This document shows positions 22,804 through 32,899 of a stretch of 42,274 bases of DNA, piece by piece. The stretch lies in the IMG/VR virus record IMGVR_UViG_3300045988_124743, positions 1-42,274 of that record, one strand, 5' to 3'. The notes below the pieces were generated by a model that saw nothing but the letters and a program-made list of their open reading frames with translations, was not told the origin of the DNA and made no database searches. Made by a program: the position numbers and the translations under genes. Positions within the stretch are counted from its first letter, which is position 1. Every line of letters starts with the position of its first letter. Source of the DNA: a virus.

Positions 22804-24546
22804 TTACTTGATTCTTTTCCAAAAGAATACAGTCATGTAAGGCTGAATATTATTATGTGGCTCATTACCTCCTTCTTCTCTTGTGTGCGCAGAATAATAT
22901 GAACCCAGTGGTATCGAAATTTCAGATTGATATGTTACATATTGGTCTGAAATATTTGGAGTACTACCATCGTTTCCAGTACCTTCACCGACCAAAGTTC
23001 TACCTTGTCCAAAACGCTCCCAAGTTCCACCCAAGAAGTTTCCAGGATTGTTATTGTCGTATGTAATATATACCGCACCAACTGGGAATATCTTATTCAA
23101 GAAAATAGGAGCTACAATATCACCTAATACTGTTAATGTATCTTTTTGATTGCTATCTTGGCCAAAGAATGTCAATGATCTTCCATCTTTTCCAAAGTTA
23201 ATTAACGAGTAAGTAGGTGTTACAGTAAATATTTGCCATGAATAGTCATTCATGAATTTATCTTTAACACCGAATGCCACCTCATACGAACTAGTTGCAG
23301 ATGTAAATAAGTTACCTGCTTTATAGTCTTGTTCCAACGTGTAGTTGTTATCCCATGAATTTATTTTCGTCCATGAACTAGCTCCACTAGCTCGATATTG
23401 GATATAGAATGATGTCACATTCTTACCAGTTAAACTAGTAAATCCAACTTTGAAGTGTAGCAGTGCATATGTACCACTTGCTTCATCTACTACATAACTT
23501 GAATCAGCACGATTTGCACTTACATTCGTTAAGCTAGGCGAACTATATGCAGATACAGTTACCTTTCCACTGACTTGTGAACTTCTACCACGTGAATCAT
23601 AGATTGTTGTCGTATAGCTAACACTTCCACTACCTTTTACAGTTCCAGTAGTAAATGAACTACCATTGTATGTTTGTCCTTCAAATTTGGTTGATACAGA
23701 TGTAACAGTTGAGCCTTGCGCACCACTGTAAGTTATTGCGAACTTCAGTCTAGATTGTGACTGAACTATCTGCCCAATTCCTACACATACTGAATTTGCA
23801 TCTGTTACTTCGATACCATCAATTGAAGGAACTACACTGCTTCTGACTTTAACAGTTGCATTTACGGATTTTGAGCCAACTGATGTTGAGCCACTGTATG
23901 TTTCTAAAGTAAAAGTAGCAATTTCACTTGTAGAGTTAGGCAAGTCCTTTTCCCATGCGGTTGGAATGGTATAAGAAAAGCTAGGGGTTGTTGTACCGCT
24001 AGCTATTGTTTTTATATGTGTTTTTGTTCCATTCCAAGTTACATAAACTTTATGACTGAATTTACTTGATGCACTTGTACCACTAATCTTGATTGTGCTG
24101 CCACATTCTAGACTTGGCTTATCAATAGAAGGACTTGTAGCACGTGGTATTGTCGTTAGCGTTAACGAGCCACTGCACGAACCACTTCTAGGTGCATAAT
24201 AATTTGTGCTATCACAACTAAACGAAGCACTCACAGGTATTTTTTTTGAACCATCTGAATCATGTGTGATTGTCGTTGTTCCTTGTGCAACATCAATTGT
24301 CTGACCTGCGCCACAAGTGATCGTGTGATTTGCATTATGCACTGTAGTACTGTTTATAACTACTTTGAAGTTTTCTGTTAATCCAGTGTGGCTATGATAT
24401 TGTGTGTTAGATCGAATACTAACTAGCCAATACACAACAGACGTGTTTTTTTCAACAGAATACGACTTTTCACGATATTGTAATATTAAAGAGTATTTAT
24501 TCTCTTCACCACTCGTAATTCGTATACTTCCACTACATTCTGCCAT
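22804..24546 (-). CDS. Tail fibre / receptor-binding protein (DUF859-like N-terminus, tail-collar-like C-terminus)
   Basis: The N-terminus KYSLILQYREKSYSVEKNTSVVYWLVSIRS...ITHDSDGSKKIPVSASF is DUF859-like. The C-terminus is FPVGAVYITYDNNNPGNFLGGTWERFGQGRTLVGEG...GGNEPHNNIQPYMTVFFWKRIK. Confidence 0.8.
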   Translation of the reverse strand: MAECSGSIRITSGEENKYSLILQYREKSYSVEKNTSVVYWLVSIRSNTQYHSHTGLTENFKVVINSTTVHNANHTITCGAGQTIDVAQGTTTITHDSDGSKKIPVSASFSCDSTNYYAPRSGSCSGSLTLTTIPRATSPSIDKPSLECGSTIKISGTSASSKFSHKVYVTWNGTKTHIKTIASGTTTPSFSYTIPTAWEKDLPNSTSEIATFTLETYSGSTSVGSKSVNATVKVRSSVVPSIDGIEVTDANSVCVGIGQIVQSQSRLKFAITYSGAQGSTVTSVSTKFEGQTYNGSSFTTGTVKGSGSVSYTTTIYDSRGRSSQVSGKVTVSAYSSPSLTNVSANRADSSYVVDEASGTYALLHFKVGFTSLTGKNVTSFYIQYRASGASSWTKINSWDNNYTLEQDYKAGNLFTSATSSYEVAFGVKDKFMNDYSWQIFTVTPTYSLINFGKDGRSLTFFGQDSNQKDTLTVLGDIVAPIFLNKIFPVGAVYITYDNNNPGNFLGGTWERFGQGRTLVGEGTGNDGSTPNISDQYVTYQSEISIPLGSYYSAHTREEGGNEPHNNIQPYMTVFFWKRIK

Positions 24547-24550
24547 TCAA

Positions 24551-27500
24551 TCACCCTACTTTCTTGAAGTCCAAAGAGCCATTTGCTCTTGGCACAAATC
24601 CAAATGCGTCTACTTTTAAAGACTGCGTAAATTGTCCATCTGTAATGTACATTGTTTGGTCGTTGATATATGTTACATTTGCACCATTTTTTTGAATCGA
24701 CCATTCTTTGTTTGTAATCTTAATTTTAAATGCGCTATCCGATTTACCTAAAGTTAATGCATCATTATCAAACGACATATAACTATTTACGTTGTCAGTG
24801 GTTTGCTTTAAACCATCAACACGACCATTTACACTGTCGATTTGACCGCCCATCTCATTCTTTGCATCAGTTACCGACTGATTGATTGACCATGTAAAGT
24901 CATTTTTTGTCTGAGTGAACTGAGTTGATACAGTATTTTGATAATGTTCAAATGCCGAATTTGATACATAAGTTTCTGATACTTTGCTTGTAATTTCATT
25001 CGCCTTTGTCTCAATAGCAGATTGTCGCTCAGTACGTTCTGTATTGATTGCTTCATCTACATCTTCAGGAGCTGGAGTCCAGTCTGTATTTTTATTTCCT
25101 AGCTCTAATTTAATCTTTTTAATATATATAGTTGCTGAATCTTGTCGTGTCAAAAAACATACTTTAGGAGTATCTTTTTTTATTCCCACAACAAATGTAG
25201 TGCTATAAAGTTTCCAATCTTTAGAGTCTATAGTTGCATAAGCCAGTGCAGCATTATTATAGCTATCATCTTTTATTTCTAATTGTACATTTGAATCGCA
25301 TTTGGCATAAAAAGAAATCGTGTATGTCTGTCCTAACACTAAATCAATGAACTGATATATATAATTTAAGAAACTATTACTTAAAGAAACATAATAGAAT
25401 CCATCTACATCTTTGGTTGGTGTTTCTGGTGCGCCGCTTAATCCGAAATTTGGTTTAAAAGTTTGAGTACTTAATAATAAATTACGCCCACCAATTTGTA
25501 AGTTATCAATCTTATTGTTAGCTTCAGTAATGGACTTTGCTTGTAATTTAATCGCATTTGCATTCTGCTCAATTGCAGTTGTATTTGAAGTAACTTTGTT
25601 TGTTAGTTCTGCAAGGTCTTTCTGAGCTTGTTCTGCTTTAGCTTTTGCATCATCCGCAACTCCTTGAGCCGCCTTTGCATCGTTGATTGCCGTAGTTGCG
25701 TTGCCTTGAGCCTTAGTTGCATCAGATTGAGCTTTCTCCACTGCAGTTTCTGCGTTTGTTAAACGAGTTTGAGCTTTAGTGATTTCAGATTCTGTCGCAT
25801 CCACTCTACCTGTAACTGTTTCTAGATTCGCTTTAGCATCTGCCAACTCTTTATTAGCGTTGTCTAAATTTGCTTGAGCACTATCTGCACTTCTCTTCGC
25901 TTCATCTGCTAAAGTTTGAGCGCTCTGAGCATTGCCTAAAGCTTTATCTGCTTGAGCCTGAGCATCCGTTGCTTTTTTAGTCGCATCAGTAATATCTTTC
26001 TGAGCTTGAGTTGTATCTGATTGCAACTTTTCAATTGAACTTGCTTGAGTTGTGATTGAATCTGCATTTTGTTGAATCTTAGTATTTAAACTACCTTCAA
26101 TGCTTGTTAAATCACTCTTAGAAGCATAAGTTTCTGATACAGTAGTCGACAATTCACCGACTTTCTTTTCAATCTCAGTACTTACATCTGCATGAATAGA
26201 TTTTGATTCAGTAGTTAAATCAACTTTAGTAGCATATGTTTCTTTAACGGTAGCAATTTCACTTGCGTTTGCGTTGGCTTTATCCACTGCATCTTGAATT
26301 TGTTGCTTTGAATCAGTGATATCACCTTTAATTGCATCAATTTGTTCTTGAGCTTTACCAGTGCTTGTGTTCGCATCTTGTGCTAGTTGCTTAGCTTCAC
26401 TTGATTGAGTGTTAGCGGTATTTGCCAATTCATTGGCTTTACTTGCATCTGTCTGAGCTTGTGTTGCTTTTTCAATTGCTTCTTTTGATTGCACATTCAC
26501 TTGAGACACTTGAGTGTGAATCTCACCGATTTTCGCATCAATTTCATTCCAAGTGTTATCAAAAATAGCTTTTGTATACTTGATTTCACTTGGATTAGCA
26601 TACGTACATTTCCATCTTTTCCAAAGAAACTTATCACTTTGATAAACCACATTACCAACAAACCACTCACCACCGACTAATTCGGTTTGTGATGTTGAAT
26701 AATAGAATTGTTCCTCGGCACTTACAAATGACTGACCATCTTCGCCTTTAATTGCACTCCATCGGTATTTGGTTGGGTCATCACTGCCATATTGTTTTGA
26801 ATCCGAATACTGACCAATAAATTTACGATTTGAATCCGTTAAACTGAAATCAACACGACCATCTGAACTATTGGCATAGGCAATATGCACATATGCGCTT
26901 GATCCATTCTGACCGTCTTGTAGTCGCATTACAGTGACTTCTGCACTTGCTTTAAGTATTTCACCACTCATTGCTTTAAATCGGTATACGGCCTTTTCTG
27001 TGAAGTCTGAAGCGTTGACTGTAATGGTCTGACTTGTCGATATTTGCTTATCATCTTTATACCAAATAATTGAATACTTAGATGTAATATCAACACCATC
27101 ATTTTTAACTAATGCGGTAAGCTTAGTTGAATCTGAATCGGTCTTAAACAAAACTCCATTTGAAGATACAATTGAACCTTCGTAAACCTTCTTCAATTCA
27201 ATCATCTTGTTCATTTCACTGATCAAAGCCGAACTAATCTGTGATTGTTTTTCTTCAAAGTTATCAAAAATAGTTTTGCATTTCTCTGAATCTGTAAAAC
27301 AAATCTCTTGTTCTGTGATTCGTGCTTCTAAATATAAAGTAGGACTATACTCAGCATCTTCAATCGTGAACGTATCACCGATATCCGCATCAATATATGC
27401 ATCTACATCATATGTAACTTTAGGAACACAATTCTTTTTCAATTGAGCTAGTGCTTGACCGTATAATGTCTCAACATTTTCAGTTTCATAAGACCAAATT

Positions 27501-28363
27501 TGTACTGCGTACATATCATTTGAATTATTCGTAAGTAAAGTTGAAGGAAATCTATCCCTTGATTGAGGTGCTAGTATGTTGTTTCCATTAACTTTATACA
27601 AAACATTTCCATTTGTATCTTTTACAACTCGACCACTAATTGAATATAACTGTAATCCATTTGTTCCTGTAGGCCTGATTGCAGTGTATAGCTCAGTAAT
27701 ATCACTTGTTTTCGTGATTCCATATACATCGTTTGGATACCTTAATGTCGTACTGCGCTTGTCACTTCCCATACCTTGAGCACTGTCTGAATGAGTTCTG
27801 TAAATATTCAAAACAAAATTCTTCAAAGAATAATCGTCATTCAATTGAGTTACGAACTCTAATTCTGCATCAAATACATTTGCGATTGAATACAATCGAG
27901 CTAGTACAGTATCACTTCCAGTCCACTCATGCGTGATACGTTTGTCTGATACCTCATTTTTGCCAATTACGAACGATTTCTCAAATCCATACGCATTTAC
28001 ATATTCTGCAAATGACATCGCTCTAGTAGCTTTATATGCATCTACATATTCATTCGTTAATTCAAGGCAAAGACCGTAGGCGGTAACAGTTGTTGTGTTA
28101 CCACCTTTTTCAACATTCATGATCGTTAAATAATAGCCTTTGTTTTTTCTTGTAAAGCTCAATTTATTTCCTTCAACTAAAAAGACTGCATCATCATGTG
28201 CAGTCAATGTAGTGAATTCAAATGTATATGCTGAGCCTTTCAAATATGTATGCAATGTTTCATCAAAGTAATGCATTGCACTAGATACTGTATTGTCTAA
28301 AAAAGCTAGAACCTTATCGTAAGGAGTTAATACTGCTATTCTGATTTGTTCCATTATAACCAT
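24551..28363 (-). CDS. Tail-associated protein (Tal-like minor structural protein) with a long Ala/Gln/Thr-rich coiled coil and a C-terminal binding domain
   Basis: The N-terminus IRIAVLTPYDKVLAFLDN...YTFEFTT...YYLTIMNVEK is typical of the 'phage minor structural protein N-terminal region' that follows Dit. 1270 aa. Confidence 0.8.
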   Translation of the reverse strand: MVIMEQIRIAVLTPYDKVLAFLDNTVSSAMHYFDETLHTYLKGSAYTFEFTTLTAHDDAVFLVEGNKLSFTRKNKGYYLTIMNVEKGGNTTTVTAYGLCLELTNEYVDAYKATRAMSFAEYVNAYGFEKSFVIGKNEVSDKRITHEWTGSDTVLARLYSIANVFDAELEFVTQLNDDYSLKNFVLNIYRTHSDSAQGMGSDKRSTTLRYPNDVYGITKTSDITELYTAIRPTGTNGLQLYSISGRVVKDTNGNVLYKVNGNNILAPQSRDRFPSTLLTNNSNDMYAVQIWSYETENVETLYGQALAQLKKNCVPKVTYDVDAYIDADIGDTFTIEDAEYSPTLYLEARITEQEICFTDSEKCKTIFDNFEEKQSQISSALISEMNKMIELKKVYEGSIVSSNGVLFKTDSDSTKLTALVKNDGVDITSKYSIIWYKDDKQISTSQTITVNASDFTEKAVYRFKAMSGEILKASAEVTVMRLQDGQNGSSAYVHIAYANSSDGRVDFSLTDSNRKFIGQYSDSKQYGSDDPTKYRWSAIKGEDGQSFVSAEEQFYYSTSQTELVGGEWFVGNVVYQSDKFLWKRWKCTYANPSEIKYTKAIFDNTWNEIDAKIGEIHTQVSQVNVQSKEAIEKATQAQTDASKANELANTANTQSSEAKQLAQDANTSTGKAQEQIDAIKGDITDSKQQIQDAVDKANANASEIATVKETYATKVDLTTESKSIHADVSTEIEKKVGELSTTVSETYASKSDLTSIEGSLNTKIQQNADSITTQASSIEKLQSDTTQAQKDITDATKKATDAQAQADKALGNAQSAQTLADEAKRSADSAQANLDNANKELADAKANLETVTGRVDATESEITKAQTRLTNAETAVEKAQSDATKAQGNATTAINDAKAAQGVADDAKAKAEQAQKDLAELTNKVTSNTTAIEQNANAIKLQAKSITEANNKIDNLQIGGRNLLLSTQTFKPNFGLSGAPETPTKDVDGFYYVSLSNSFLNYIYQFIDLVLGQTYTISFYAKCDSNVQLEIKDDSYNNAALAYATIDSKDWKLYSTTFVVGIKKDTPKVCFLTRQDSATIYIKKIKLELGNKNTDWTPAPEDVDEAINTERTERQSAIETKANEITSKVSETYVSNSAFEHYQNTVSTQFTQTKNDFTWSINQSVTDAKNEMGGQIDSVNGRVDGLKQTTDNVNSYMSFDNDALTLGKSDSAFKIKITNKEWSIQKNGANVTYINDQTMYITDGQFTQSLKVDAFGFVPRANGSLDFKKVG

Positions 28364-29877
28364 GCCTCCCTAATTCTAGCTTTTATAGTTGGTTTTGATT
28401 TTGACCAACTTGAACACGTAAGCTTCACTTCTGTTGTTCCTACTGGAGCTTTAAAATATTTAGTTCCTAATACCTCATCTTGAGGTCTACTCATACCATT
28501 TACATAAACATGAGATGATTTACCATCGATAGTAATCTTCGTGCCATTAGGATATCTGTTAGGAATGTTTCTCCATTTCGATACGTTGTTCTTTGTAAAA
28601 TCAATTGTATTAAATCCAATCATGTTCATCATTTTATTGCCACTACGGTCACCAACTTGCTTACATGAGATTTGAATTTTTGTACACTTCATATTTGAAA
28701 TTTCTGGAATATAGTAATAAAAATATTTGCCAAAATATGAAAACCTAAGATTTCCACCTTCTTTTAAAACATCGCAATTACTCCATGGCCAATACCAAGG
28801 ATTCTGATTTTTAAGATGTGATGTTGTGTAATTAAAGTTTGCAAGAATTTTTCCATTTCCCCAAATTTCATAATGTCCAGTGTTTCCAACCGCATCTGCT
28901 TTATACCAGTTACATCCGCATATGATTTTATTGTCTGAAGTTAAAAAGCTAATGCACATTTCACCAGTTTGCCCCATCAAACTAGCATAAAATATAGATC
29001 GCATATAGCAATAGAAGTTCTGAGCTCCACTAGCTCCATTAGAGTCAGCTGGTAACACTAAGGTTCTTAATCCACCACTTGAATACCCTTTTTTTGTTCC
29101 AGTTGAACCAAAGCCTAAGAAGTTTTGATTGAACCAAGTATGTTGAGAAAGTGTACCATTACTTCCATAAGTAGGATGCATATAATCTGTGCCACTTTTG
29201 TCATCTACACAATTTATAAAACTACTTATAGTTGCTAATCTTTCGCTTCGTTGATAAATTTCCGAATCTAATTCTTCAATCTTTCCATACTGCATTACTC
29301 CTTCAGTTGATACGATACCAATATATCCAGTTTCAGATGTTGTCTGAACCTCATAATCAATGCTTACAGGTACAGTTCCTTCATTGACAATGTTTAACAC
29401 TCCATCAGTAGCAGTAAATTCTTTTTCTATGGATGAATATTTCCTAGGGTCTGAGCAATAGATTTCGATTTCACCGATAACGTTATTACTTCCACCATCA
29501 ACTTGTGTATTAGATGTCTTAGTTCCAATGAAATACTTGTCGCTTTCATCATTAAAAATGACTTTTACTTGCTCACCACTCAACAATTTATTCATCTTGT
29601 TGTAAGCTTCACGAAATTCTCTGCTACCTCTAGCTTTTAACTGATATTTAACAGTAATCGTTCTTGCAGGAGTTGTTTTATATCTGTAATAAGAGCCATC
29701 CATTCCATCAATTTCAGTATGTTTTACCTCTGATTCCATCAACTCACGTCCTGTTACAGAAAGTGTACGATATCCATCTATTTCATTTTCTAAATATACA
29801 CCATTATATGACATGGCTTCTGTCGGTAGGTTAGTACCGACGATGCCACTATTTACTGTATTTACGAATGCATACAT
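28354..29877 (-). CDS. Distal tail protein (Dit, siphovirus tail component) with a C-terminal extension
   Basis: YRTLSVTGRELMESEVKHTEIDGMDGSYYRYKTTPARTITVKYQL is Sipho_tail-like. Lies immediately after the tape measure. Confidence 0.8.
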   Translation of the reverse strand: MYAFVNTVNSGIVGTNLPTEAMSYNGVYLENEIDGYRTLSVTGRELMESEVKHTEIDGMDGSYYRYKTTPARTITVKYQLKARGSREFREAYNKMNKLLSGEQVKVIFNDESDKYFIGTKTSNTQVDGGSNNVIGEIEIYCSDPRKYSSIEKEFTATDGVLNIVNEGTVPVSIDYEVQTTSETGYIGIVSTEGVMQYGKIEELDSEIYQRSERLATISSFINCVDDKSGTDYMHPTYGSNGTLSQHTWFNQNFLGFGSTGTKKGYSSGGLRTLVLPADSNGASGAQNFYCYMRSIFYASLMGQTGEMCISFLTSDNKIICGCNWYKADAVGNTGHYEIWGNGKILANFNYTTSHLKNQNPWYWPWSNCDVLKEGGNLRFSYFGKYFYYYIPEISNMKCTKIQISCKQVGDRSGNKMMNMIGFNTIDFTKNNVSKWRNIPNRYPNGTKITIDGKSSHVYVNGMSRPQDEVLGTKYFKAPVGTTEVKLTCSSWSKSKPTIKARIREAWL

Positions 29878-32800
29878 TATCTGTTACCTCGCAATCTTTC
29901 ATTGAATTTAGAACGTTTATCAAACTCACTCTGATTTGCTCTATATGTTGCACGTGCAAATTCACGATCATTGATGTAAAGAGGGGTTTCGATGGTTAAT
30001 TCAGCATTGTTTGTGTAGTCGTATTCTGAGTTCAAGTCGCTCACAATGCCTCCAAAAGCCATTTTAGGTGTATTCATCATAGGAAGATAGAATAAATTTT
30101 CTGAGGCTCTTTTTACGTCAGAATACATTGATTCAAGGCCTAGAACAAAGCCTTTTCCAATCCACATACCATCTTTTTTAGTAACCTTTGATGGAGATCC
30201 AATCTTAGCTTTAGCCTGAATTGCTGCATCCGCAGCAGCTGCTAAACTAGCGGCCGCCGCTCTGACTGAACCTTCGCTTGCTCTTAAACCATTGGCAAGT
30301 CCTTGGCCAATCATCTGGCCACAATATTGTGCTCTTGACTGACACGCATTAAATGCACTGATAATGTTATTGCATGACGATCTTGCAACAGACACGCCTT
30401 TTGATAAGCCTCCTTTAAGTCCTGATGTAAACTTAGTACCCATTGCAGTTCCTGAAGTAGTAGCTTTTGCTTCTGCATTTGTCATTGCGGTAACAATTGC
30501 GTTAATAGACGTTACTGATGCACTAGATGCACTTGTAAATGCACTACTAATTGTTGATGCTACTGTAACCAACACCGCAATACTTGTTGCAGTAGCCATT
30601 ACAGAACTTGCAACTGGTGCAATAGCTCCTGCAAATGCAGTCATAGCTCCACTTGCAACTGTTAATGGTTCTGAAATTCCGCTTAATGAGCTTAAAGCAT
30701 CTGATAATGATGGAATTGTTGCCGATAATGATTCAATACCTGCTTGAGTTGATACGATCATTGTTAATGCGCTTGCTAATGCCATCATTTGAGCACCAAT
30801 ATCACCCATTCCACTTGATGCAGTTGCAATAGCTCCAATTCCTACTGCTACCGCTCCTAGACTAGCTCCCATATCAATTAAGTTAAGGCTCGTAATAATT
30901 TGGATTCCTTTCGCTAATTCTTTAAATCCTTTACCCGCGTTTAGTGCCGACTGTCCAATAGATTTAATCACTCCAGATACTGAATTTAAGATTCCACTTA
31001 CTGTTTCACCAAATGATTGAATCACATTTGAAATCCCTTCAAAAACATCTTTAATAACTGGGCCACACGCAGATACAACATCTGCAACTCCCTCAAGAAC
31101 CGTTTGTAAACCTTCACCTTGTGAACCGACCAATGCCATAGCAGCACCAGTTGCAAGAATAGCCGCTGCCAACGCAAGCCATGTAGTTGGTGGTACCATT
31201 GCAATTGCAGTTCCTAAACCCGTAAATGCAGTGGCCAAACCTTGTCCAATACCTTGCGCTACTGTATTGATTGCAGTACCAAATGATTCAATAACAGTAC
31301 CGACTCCTTCTAACGCGGATTTGATTCCATTTCCAAGTCCTTCGAATACATTACTAACTGCATCTCCTAGACTGGTAATAATTCCTTTTGCTCCTTCACA
31401 CACAGAAGAAATAACATTTGAAATCCCTTCAAATGCAGAATTAATAATCTGTGCAGCTTTAGATGTTTTCTGTGCAGTTTGTATACTTGCATTTCCAATA
31501 TCAGATACACCACTTGAAGAAGGACTAGAAGTTGGAGTCCCTTCTTTTCCTCCGATGCCTTTTATCTTGTTAACGATTGATTGAAGTTTTGAATATCCAC
31601 TCTTTGCAGAGCCAACAACTCCACCAATCATACTAGATACTTTGCTACCAACTTTAATGCCAACAAATGCTCCAGCCAATAATTTGACTGCACCTGCAAA
31701 CTTCTTGACATCTTCTGTTTTAAGATTTGCGATAAAGTCTGCAATTTTACCAGTTACATCTTCTACTTTTGCAATGATATTTCCAATATCCTGTCCTAAC
31801 TGTTCAAAGACTTTACTGTCTTGTAACTTATCCATTACATTACCAATAGCATCTTTGATTTTATCGAACATTGTGATTGCATTTTGCACTGCATCCGTTT
31901 TCATGAATCCATCATAGAATTGTTGGATCATAGCTTTAGCGTTGTTTGCTCTGTCCGCAAGCCAATCCATAGCTTTTGATACATTTTCCATGACTTCTGG
32001 TTTAAAGTCCCATGTCAAACCATCGTCCTTAGTGTCCATAATTGAATTTCTGAAATCATAGATTTTTGATTTAATCTTTTCTAGATTATCAACTAATCCA
32101 CCCATAGCTTTCGACTTCAACATATTGTTCATAGCCGACATAAAGCCTTGTTCAAGGTTCTGTACCGCACTTTTAATATTTGTCATGGATGTTTTGACAC
32201 CTTTAGATGCTTCTAATGCAGTTTCTGCAAATCCACCTGTTTCTGTATCACATTCAATCATTGCATCATTAAACTGATCAAATGTAATCGTTCCATTCTG
32301 CAACGCTTCATACAATTCATTTGCATCTCCACTTGCAATACCTAGTTTCTTAGATACCTTAGTTAATGCAGGTGCCATTGTTTCCTGCAATGTTCTCCAT
32401 GACTGCATATCAACTGTTCCTTTAGCAAGCATCTGTGAATACTGTTGTAACCCACGTGATGCACCTTCAGAACTAGATCCACTTGCTAAAAACGCATGGT
32501 TTAATGCGATTGTAGTATCAGTTGCCTTATCAATATTGCCTGTTACGGCCGCTAACGATTTCGATGTTGTAACTACGTCTGCTAATGATGTAGGCAAGCC
32601 TTGTACAGACTGATTTAATTTTGCAACACTCTTTTGAGATTGCCCTACAGCGAACCCCAAAGACTTCATAACTTTTGGATAGGATTGCATGGTATCGAAT
32701 CTGTTAATTGCCCCATCTAACGAGGAACTTAAAACATTCATAGAAGCGCCTATTACTTTGGTGATTCCAACGCCCGCTACAATAGATTTAACTCTATCGC

Positions 32801-32897
32801 CAAAAGATTGACACGCTCCGATAGCTTTTTTCATTGTTGAAGACATATTTTTGTCAGTTGCCGACAATATAGCCTCAACACTAAAACTTTCTGCCAT
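29877..32897 (-). CDS. Tape measure protein
   Basis: 1006 aa. Core SLADVVTTSKSLAAVTGNIDKATDTTIALNHAFLASGSSSEGASRGLQQYSQMLAKGTVDMQSWRTLQE. Long Gly/Ala/Ser/Val-rich helical segments. Confidence 0.9.
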   Translation of the reverse strand: MAESFSVEAILSATDKNMSSTMKKAIGACQSFGDRVKSIVAGVGITKVIGASMNVLSSSLDGAINRFDTMQSYPKVMKSLGFAVGQSQKSVAKLNQSVQGLPTSLADVVTTSKSLAAVTGNIDKATDTTIALNHAFLASGSSSEGASRGLQQYSQMLAKGTVDMQSWRTLQETMAPALTKVSKKLGIASGDANELYEALQNGTITFDQFNDAMIECDTETGGFAETALEASKGVKTSMTNIKSAVQNLEQGFMSAMNNMLKSKAMGGLVDNLEKIKSKIYDFRNSIMDTKDDGLTWDFKPEVMENVSKAMDWLADRANNAKAMIQQFYDGFMKTDAVQNAITMFDKIKDAIGNVMDKLQDSKVFEQLGQDIGNIIAKVEDVTGKIADFIANLKTEDVKKFAGAVKLLAGAFVGIKVGSKVSSMIGGVVGSAKSGYSKLQSIVNKIKGIGGKEGTPTSSPSSSGVSDIGNASIQTAQKTSKAAQIINSAFEGISNVISSVCEGAKGIITSLGDAVSNVFEGLGNGIKSALEGVGTVIESFGTAINTVAQGIGQGLATAFTGLGTAIAMVPPTTWLALAAAILATGAAMALVGSQGEGLQTVLEGVADVVSACGPVIKDVFEGISNVIQSFGETVSGILNSVSGVIKSIGQSALNAGKGFKELAKGIQIITSLNLIDMGASLGAVAVGIGAIATASSGMGDIGAQMMALASALTMIVSTQAGIESLSATIPSLSDALSSLSGISEPLTVASGAMTAFAGAIAPVASSVMATATSIAVLVTVASTISSAFTSASSASVTSINAIVTAMTNAEAKATTSGTAMGTKFTSGLKGGLSKGVSVARSSCNNIISAFNACQSRAQYCGQMIGQGLANGLRASEGSVRAAAASLAAAADAAIQAKAKIGSPSKVTKKDGMWIGKGFVLGLESMYSDVKRASENLFYLPMMNTPKMAFGGIVSDLNSEYDYTNNAELTIETPLYINDREFARATYRANQSEFDKRSKFNERLRGNR

Positions 32898-32899
32898 TG

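Noticed and set aside
25500-26480. The repetitive DNA as a CRISPR array or a non-coding tandem array.
   Set aside because: It lies entirely inside one long, uninterrupted ORF and translates to a coiled coil. The repeats are short, imperfect and lack regular repeat-spacer architecture.
30364-31917. + strand ORFs 30364..30747, 31231..31584 and 31642..31917 (and the - strand 31022..31204) inside the tape-measure gene.
   Set aside because: They are antisense or alternative-frame shadows of a Gly/Ala/Ser/Val-rich gene. They have no RBS, their composition is low-complexity, and the tape-measure ORF itself is strongly supported.
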